From contig CM097885.1 in assembly GCA_044892525.1 (NCBI GenBank), positions 7,380,001-7,444,000 of the forward strand: a DNA stretch of 64,000 nucleotides, written 5' to 3'. Below the pieces are notes generated by a model, which saw nothing but the letters and a program-made list of their open reading frames with translations, had not been told where the DNA came from and made no database searches. Position 1 is the first letter of the stretch. The number at the start of each line of letters is the position of its first letter. The DNA is from Schmidtea polychroa. Taxonomy: Eukaryota. Shown piece after piece: positions 54,782 through 64,000 of the stretch. The position numbers were made by a program, and so were the translations under genes.

Positions 54782-56356
54782 TACATATAAATTAGTTAAT
54801 AATAACATAATGTTATTAATTCATACTTAACGACAAAATTAACAATGTGAGATAAAATGTAAAATTAAAGTAACTTTAAAATAAAATTTTTAATAAATTA
54901 ATTGATAGTATGTTGTATTGAATGATTGAGGAATTTTGAAAATTAAATCTCCTTTAAAAAATGTTGTTTAATTAACGTTGTTTAATTAACTCTCTCTATA
55001 TTAACTTCGCTGCTGTTTGTCTGTTTGTATGTGCTACCCAAATTTTGTGAGGCCAAATTAAACTACTTTCCGTTATCTGATTGGCAAGTAGATTCGTTGT
55101 CGAGAACATTGAATGCTATCAAAACTTTAGATCGATCCGATCTCTGAAAGTGCGTTTATTTAAAAAAATATTAATATATCAAATCTAGTGTTATTTCCTT
55201 ATGTCAATAGAAATTCTTATCTATTCATTAACTTGAGATTAAAGAGATAACGTAATTATATCTAAAATATGTCGAAATTAAGAAAGTTTCAAAAAACATG
55301 TTTTCATGGTTGACTTTTTTCAATATATGGGAATTTTTAATTCTAATTATTTTGAATAATTATAAATGTCGTAAACACTAGGAATTCCAAAAAAGGTAAC
55401 TCTAATAAGGCGAGCAACCAATGAATTAGGCCAAGATATCCAAATATTTATTGTAAAACTTCAGCGCCGTACAATCACAAGTGTAATCGCACCGAGCCCC
55501 CTATTTTGTTAAGGGCCCCAAATATTAAATACATTAGAAATACTTCTATCCAGTCACAAAAATATCACGAATTGAAAGAAAAATAACAAAGATGAAAATT
55601 TAAAATTCAAACAAATTTAGTTACGATTTAATTTGAAACAAATAATAATTCATTTGTTTTTTTCAAGAGCTAGAAAAATTGCTTTATAATTTCCTGTATT
55701 ATTTTTTTAATTAAAATCAATAAAAATGAATGCAATAAAATTTTAGTGTCTGCATAATCCCCAAAGTTACAGTGATCAAATTATTCATTTCGTTCAATAG
55801 CACTTAAATAAGTTGTTTTTTTGAAAGATATTATTAAAATAATGAATTTTGAATCTATTGTGTTGTAATCATAAAATATATATTACTTACTAATAATAAT
55901 AATATATTTAATTTAATCCAAGTTTTCATATAATTCTATGCCTAAAATGAATGTCTAAATAATTAGAAAATATTTTGTTAAAAAATATTAAATTACATTT
56001 AGGTTATTACATAAAAATTATTTAAATTTTGAAATTAAATAATCAGATAAAATTTCCAAATAACAAAAAAATTCTGTGACAATTAGGCACACACTACAAA
56101 AATGCAATAGAAGAAAACCCGATGAACTTCCGAATTTATTCACGTATGTTAATTTATACCTGTGTAATCTAAATTACTTACAAACGACTTTTTAAAATAC
56201 ATTTCAATCGAGTATGACTTACAACTTGTCTATTAATAGTAGATTCAATTTGAAAATGGTGTATCATTTATATGGGGTTTCATTGTTGTTTGAACCTTAA
56301 AACAAAATTTTCCAATGTTTTTAATATTGTTGAAAACATAAATATTTCTTGATTAA

Positions 56357-56567
56357 CCTCTTCAGACCTGAATTACAAACTGTCACAGCGAAACTGATCA
56401 CTAATTGTATTGTTGCCAAAAATTCCTCATAGTGGTATGATTTTAAAACAATCAAAATAGTTTGGTCGGTGTGTGGAGAGATGGCGATGAAGTAAAATAT
56501 ATTAAATAAGGAATCTATAAGGTTTTAAATGTTATGTGCATAATTCTGCACACGGGGTCTGAAGGGG
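56357..56567. mobile_element. piggyBac-like MITE
   Basis: TTAA|CCTCTTCAGACC ... GGTCTGAAGGGG|TTAA. Confidence 0.75.
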
Positions 56568-56999
56568 TTAAGAAAATTTATAAAACAAAATTAATGCTCA
56601 ATCTCTGTAAAAAGTAAATTGTATAATGTTTATATTTTCAGATTTTGAAAATCTCTACGAATGAATATGAAAACTGATTGCAATTTTTTTAATCCAATAT
56701 ATTTTATGGAAATTTTTTTTAATTTTGGCATCTTACAAATTCAATGGTCACTAGTTGACATTGTTATTAAAAACTTAAAATGGCTTGCAATACTCTCATG
56801 AAAAATTGTGATTTCCAATTTTCCATTTATATGTGTACAGTAAAGTTTCTCTAATTAGCCAACTACGGCGATTTATTTTGTAAATTTGAAAGGGGTAAAA
56901 TATAGCTAATTTAATTGAAAAAAACAATAAATAAAAAAAATAAATAATTAAAACAAATATATATCTTTAATTACCGTATATTTTGCAAAGCAATTAGAC

Positions 57000-58365
57000 T
57001 AGAGCATCCAATCCCGGGATCCCGGGAATACCGGCTTATTTGTGGCACAAGAATCCCGGTGCTGAGAATCTTCGAATCCCGGGATTTCGGTACTGACTAC
57101 TTGTATGTGAAATTATGCGAAAATATTCAAAATAAACTCAAGTATTTATGTTATGCTAGAACGTTTTTTTGAAGTAAAAAATGCTGTACTGAAATCATTG
57201 ATTGATATCAAATCACCGTTATCGCTCAATGAAGAAGAAATGGACTTGATTAAGAATTTGCTGTCAACACTAGAGCCAATTAAATTAGCTGTTGAAGAAT
57301 TATGCCGTCGTGATTCAACACTTTTGACAGCAGATGCAACTATTTCTTTTCTAATCAATAATTTGGGCAACAACTATTTAGCATATTCATTTTTTAATCA
57401 AACAATCCTTAAAGTTGAAAGGCTCCGGGCTAAATGAGCCATAGCCACAGGGCGCAAGCCTTTTGGGGCGGCAATTTTTATTTGCGATGTATGTATAATT
57501 ATTAGTTTTATAAAAAAATTTTTTTCATTTTATTAGTTTTCACGTATTTCTAAATTTAAAACAATTTCTTAAAATATTTAACTGATTTTTATATTCAAAT
57601 GTGCTGGAATGACAAACAATATTACAATAATTTATGATGCGATAAACTTCGATAGACTACTTAAATGTGAGCTGACCTGTTATGTTTAAAGACGATAATC
57701 GGGTCGAAAATTAAATCTACATTTCCAAAATTGACCACAGCACTGCGCATTTTTTAAAGTATTGCCACTACAAACTGTAATAGCGAAAGATCATTTTCAG
57801 CAATAAAAAAAATAAAAAAGTATTTATTAAAAAGAGAGCTTGAAGACTATAAATCAGTAATATATCGATGTTTTTTAATACTCACGTATTTTCAGTACTG
57901 CCTTTTTCAAGTGAATTTCAAGTGATGGAAAAGATAATCAGTGGTGAAATTGGAAAAAAAAGTTCTTATAATAATAAAAAAGTATTTATGATCTTCTTTT
58001 GGGCAGAGCAAATTCAATGATTCAAGTATTTTATCAATTGAGAGAGATTTATTTGATAACTTAAATACGATGGATATTTTTTATCAGTTTGCGAATGAAA
58101 AAGCTAGGAAAATAAATATACAAGTTACTTTTTTTCTTGTTTTCATTAATGTTTGTTTTTGTTCTTAAAGGTTTTTTAATTTAAGTTAATTGAATTTTGT
58201 GTTTTTGTTTTGTATAGAGGTAATAAAATGCTTTCTTTAGTTCTGACAATTTTGTAAAACTTTGTGGTCATCCCGCTTCTATTTGCTATTCTGTGAATTT
58301 TCTTACTAAGGGAAGCGCATTATTTTTAGTAGTTCATGGGTGACGAATTTCTTTAGACGGCACTG
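57000..58365 (+). mobile_element. Two adjacent hAT remnants
   Basis: CCCGGGA-rich subterminal repeats followed by MLERF..LEPIKLAVEELCRRDSTLLTAD; then FPKL..CNSERSFSAIKKIK..FANEKARK ending in GACGGCACTG. Confidence 0.75.
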
Positions 58366-58369
58366 GAAA

Positions 58370-58637
58370 GACTTAATTGTTTCAATAATTTTTCTTATGG
58401 ATATTATATTTTAAAATGATTTTGAATCCAGCGGTTTTTGATTGAAATATTCCTTGATTTTTTTCAAGGCTCCAACATATTCCCGTTTTGTTACAAACAT
58501 CGGGACCTCCTACTTCAATATGATCTATTTATTTAGCAAATTCCTGTTCGTTAAATTTGGTTTTCATTGCCTTAATGGTTCCTTGATCTAATGGTTGCAT
58601 AGTAGATGTTAGATTAGGTGGTCGAAGGTAAGTTTTA
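58370..58637 (-). pseudogene. pogo/Tigger DDE fragment
   Basis: PPNLTSTMQPLDQGTIKAMK. Confidence 0.75.
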
Positions 58638-60774
58638 ATCTAATATATAAAAATGAAATTATGTGTGTTTGTATGTTTGGATATATAAATTTCAAATTAT
58701 GGGTTAAAGGTAGACAAATGTATTCAATTTTTCAAGTTAAAAATGTAGAAGACCGTATGAACTTCTTATTAGTTCTGTTTACTACACTGTTGGGGTTGTT
58801 AAATTTAAAATGATTTAAAAATTGAAAAAATTAAACAAAGTGGATTCTGGAAAGCCATTATCATGACAACATGAATAATGGGAAAACGGAAAAGAGATTA
58901 TCGCAATGGAGACGCACGGTGGGACAATTAATCATTTCTTTCAAAGGAGAAATGATGAAAAAGACCGCGAGGTAATGCTTGTCAAAATGATGCGATCTAG
59001 TTGAAATACCATTAATTGAGGCTATTATTTCAACTATATAAGAGCGCTCGATTTCAGAAGCATAACCATTTTATATAACCATTTTATATCGATATTATAG
59101 ATTCTCGTATCAATTTCACTTGCGCTTCAATTTAATTTAAACAAAATTAATCGCATCATGGATCCAATGGAGAATTTTTACCAGCACGTGGCGCGTTACA
59201 CAATGGAGGTCACTCGCCAAACCGAAAGGTCCAAGTTTCTGGTCAGGAAATGCAAGAGGACCAAAGCGACATGGTTTTGACAGGAACATGTTCGAAAATT
59301 ACAGCAAAAAACCGAGTCAATCGAGAGGTCTTGGGTCGAGGATCAATGGATCATTCGAAATATCAAGATCACGATCTGAGAGCAGGTACAGAAGGTTATC
59401 GAGCTTCAAATCGGGATCGACACAGACGCAGAAGTTGGTCAAATACCGTCATATTTGAAAACAGAACTATTCTTGGCTATCATGGATCTCACCTCAAGAA
59501 TTCCGGCGGTGGCTCCAGTTATCAAGAAGCCTTGTAGCCCCACTCCCAGCAAGTTCTAGACAAAGAAGATTAGAGAGTTAAGAACGGAGCAGAATGCCAG
59601 GTAAAAGAAATTATAAAACACTGTTTAAACTTTTATATTAATGTTTAAATATATATTTAAATTGCTTGCATCAATTTATAATTAAAAGTGTTTAATTTTA
59701 CCATTTTGTTTGATTTTTGAATAAATTTAAACAGTAAATTAATTTTGAAAGATTACTTCACTAGGAATTAGTTATTTTAAATTCGATAGTTAACAAGCCT
59801 AAAATCAAGCAAGTTGATATACCATTGTTTCGTGTTCGGGTCAAAGAGAATTTGCAGTCTTAGAATACTTAGAATAATATGAAACTTGAAGATGAATTTG
59901 ATTGAATAATAAACTCAATGCAACTGTTTAAATAGCTGTGTAATATGAACAACTACAATATAGTATGTAGTAATCGCAGACGATTCGATAGAAAGCACTA
60001 ATCATAATCTCGTATTTTTGAATTCTTTGAAACTCATTTTCCGGGAAGGTTTTAACATAGAAGTCCAAGGTAGACGCAACGACTGATAGGTTGAGTAAAT
60101 CATAAAATGATGACGGGACAAGAAGAAATTCGGCAAGATGACTTCTACAGTAACCCATGAACACAGAGGCTCATCAGGCCATTAGCAGTCCTCGTGATAG
60201 GGATGACCTTTTTGCTGACACCCACCCGCTAAATCGCAGTACCAACGTCACTTGAGACGGGTGTTTAGTGGTCGATTAAAATAATTATACGTGGTTGCGA
60301 GGGTATTCGAACATAATAAACGCGATGACTAGATAAATTTCCAGAGGTAAAAGAGTTTCCCCACACATAACACACTACTTTGTTGTATAGTGTTTGATAC
60401 GTAGGTTATTTGGCAGCTGTTTGAACGTTTTGTTATGAAAGTTCAATTAAAATAATATTTATTATTAACCAAATAAACTAAATCCCAAGGAAACAGTTAT
60501 CATATCTTTAAATTTTGTAATAAATTTATTTTAATTATAATAAATTCCCGATTTAATAAAATATATTAAAAGCATTTTCACTAAAGAGGATTAAATAAAA
60601 AATTAATTTTATATTTATAAACTGTTTAATTTTAAAATATTTATTTATTTATTCTACAGTACCTACCTTTTATTAAAAATATTTAATGAAAATACGAAGC
60701 TTACTAAAAACTTGTTTAAGTTATCATATTTAAACATATCCAATTTGAATTTAGTGATTTCGTTTAATTCGTAG

Positions 60775-61485
<711 letters not shown>

Positions 61486-61999
61486 GTAAATTTATTCTAT
61501 AATTATTTTTTATTAATAATAATTGACATTAAATTTTATAATCAATAATTATTAAATATTTTAATTAATATAAATTATTCCTATGAAATAATTTTCTTTA
61601 AAATGTTTAATTTATTTTTATTTAATAATTAATTAATTAATATTTGATTTTAAAATTTTAGAAAAAAAATTTTTTGGATGCAAAAAATATTCTAAAAAAA
61701 ATTAATTTTAATTTAAAATTAATTAAATTTTTTATTCAAAATTAATTAATAATAATTGAAATTTAATTAATTATATTTTAATTATTTATTCATAATTTTT
61801 TTGATTTTTAAAATTAATAGACAAAATAATTATTTATAGTCTGAAAAGAAATGAAAATTATAAATTGATTTTATTGAAATTATTATTTAAATAAAAATCA
61901 ATTGAAATTATGAAATTCTGCTATGATTTTTTGGTTTTTCCTGAGGCTTTATTTCATTTAATAACAGATCGACTGATTTCAATTAGACTAATAGAGGTG

Positions 62000-63403
62000 A
62001 CCATTTTCTTTATGAAGTTCTTCCGCAGCTTTTTATTTGATTTCCCTTTATATTTCTCCCTTCTGTTCTGAGTGGAAATCAATGATTTTCATGCTCCTTA
62101 TGAGGTCTTGCATTGCCTTGGTGACATTTGATGCGTCCTGAGCTGATCTTAATCTTGGTTTCATAACCTCTGTGAACCTAGGCTTCTGACAGTTCCTAAT
62201 ATAAATCAGCATTTCTTATCTCGCCATTATCCCTTTTCCAGTGCTAAAATCATAAATTCGCTATTTGTCTTCTTTTATTTCAGCTAGATTTTCTTGGCAA
62301 ATCTCCTTTATGTTTATGGTATCCATGGTAACCAGTGACTCGATTTCATAACCTACAAATTTCTGCAAAAGATTACATTTCTTGATCGACAGACAGCTTT
62401 CTATAAGGTTTGACATGTCGGTAAGCTGGATCACTTCCATGGTTTCTCCCACCCTCATCGTGTCACATTTAAACTCCAATTCACTCTCAAACTACCCAAC
62501 TCTGAAGGTAACATCTCATCTAAGTTTGGATACACTTTTGCAGTTTTAGCATTGTAGCTTCTTTCTTTGGAACTCCTAAAGTTGAAATTGATCTTACTGG
62601 TTAATCTGAACCAGAATTAATAGAGCTTCTCAAGTTAGCAACAAACTCAGACATTATCTGGATATCGTGGGCAACAATCTTTCAAACAATTTTCACATAT
62701 TCTAAAATAACTTTATAGTTTCGAAAATTAGACTTTGGAAATAAGAGAGTATTCAAGAAGAGATGGATTGATGGAATCCTATAGTCTCTCTAATTCCTCC
62801 AGATCTCATTTTATTCTCCCATGGTAGCGCTATACAAAAAAGAGTAAAGCAACTTCACAAATTCTTTATTAATTAACAACTACTGTTACACTGTCGAGGA
62901 ATAGACATATTTGTTCTGATAACCTCGATCTGGTATTGTACATCATATTTTTTCGAAGCATCAGTTAAAAGCCTTTGACTTGATTCCTCATATTATAATA
63001 ACTCATCTTCGGGAATAACGGCAAGCATAAATTCCAATTTATAGAGATTCATGTCCAAATTTCCATGCGTCTGTTCCAGTTTTATTATTCAAAGATATAT
63101 AAATTCATCTTTCGATAATGAATCAATCATCCACTTAAAGTCAATAATGTCTGAAACTTCAACTGATTTGAATTTATTCAACTTCATTTGATCAAGATTT
63201 AATTTCCATACGATTACATAATCACATAAATCCACACTTACAAGGAATGAGTTAGTTTCATTGATTAATTTCGTTATTGATTCTGAATGTCCATATAATA
63301 TATCAATCTGTTTGCCATCTTTTAAACTCCATACAATTATAATATCATCCATTCCAACAATGATTGCAACTCTCGATTTATTGTCCCAAACTACATTTTC
63401 CAT
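62000..63403 (-). pseudogene. Decayed coding region with an N-terminal WD40-like repeat
   Basis: DDIIIVWSLKDGKQIDILYGHSESITKL..LVSVD..VIVW; downstream frames are broken by stops. Confidence 0.5.
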
Positions 63404-64000
63404 TTCGAAATCAGCACGCCAAACGAATTTTAAATCTTTTTATTTTCAAATTCACAGAAAAACTACAAAATTTAAACAACTTCTCGAAATTCCAAACTTG
63501 ACATAAAAATCCAAAAATTCGAATCAAAAAACCGATAAATCTCCAAAATCACACTGTTCGCGTCTGTGTGTGCATACAAAAAACAACTCCAAATCCAACG
63601 CGCACACAGACGCGAATTAACGCCAGGATTGACCAACTACCTCGTCATATCCGCTAAACTTTCGATACTTCTGCATTTTAGAAATCTCTAATGTCAAACG
63701 ATTGGTCTCTTTTCTATTGGTTTATAAACGCATTTGCCTTAGATGCTACCCAACTGACAAAGGAGATTTATCGAACCTTCCATACTCAACTCAATGAACA
63801 AAGCTCATAAATAGGAAAATTTGGGAAAGTGCATAAAATAACACCTTGCTACAAGATGGGGTTAAAAGCTTTTTACAATGATTTACTTCCGAAACAACAA
63901 TCTTTTTATCATCATCCAGCTTCTATCTAATAAGCCCCTTATGTACGAGCCTTCATAATTTGAGTGATTAATCAATACAGCATACTCATTTGCCGACCCT

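Overview
Very AT-rich eukaryotic (animal-like) DNA with GT-AG introns as short as ~45 nt and abundant (AAT)n. It resembles a planarian-type genome, but that is inference. (1) 1-6290 is a ~1.5 kb-unit tandem array. (2) Two tandem, highly diverged paralogous multi-exon genes (6372-20074 and 27739-50992) were assembled by hand from phase-compatible exons. Each encodes a ~660-670 aa type I membrane protein that the ORF track misses. (3) Between them is a young Penelope-like retroelement (RT + GIY-YIG) as a head-to-head inverted duplication joined by AAT-like filler. (4) At least nine minimal type I hammerhead ribozyme (HHR) motifs of three families occur, including a canonical one in a non-coding retrozyme-like repeat and a tandem heterologous pair. 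(5) A decayed Polinton/adintovirus (PLA2, integrase, capsid) sits in an intron. (6) There are Gypsy, Tigger, mariner, hAT, piggyBac-like and Helitron debris and an HSP90 fragment. (7) The 5' part of a PQ-loop (SLC66A2-like) gene is at the right end. All calls are by eye, with no database searches.
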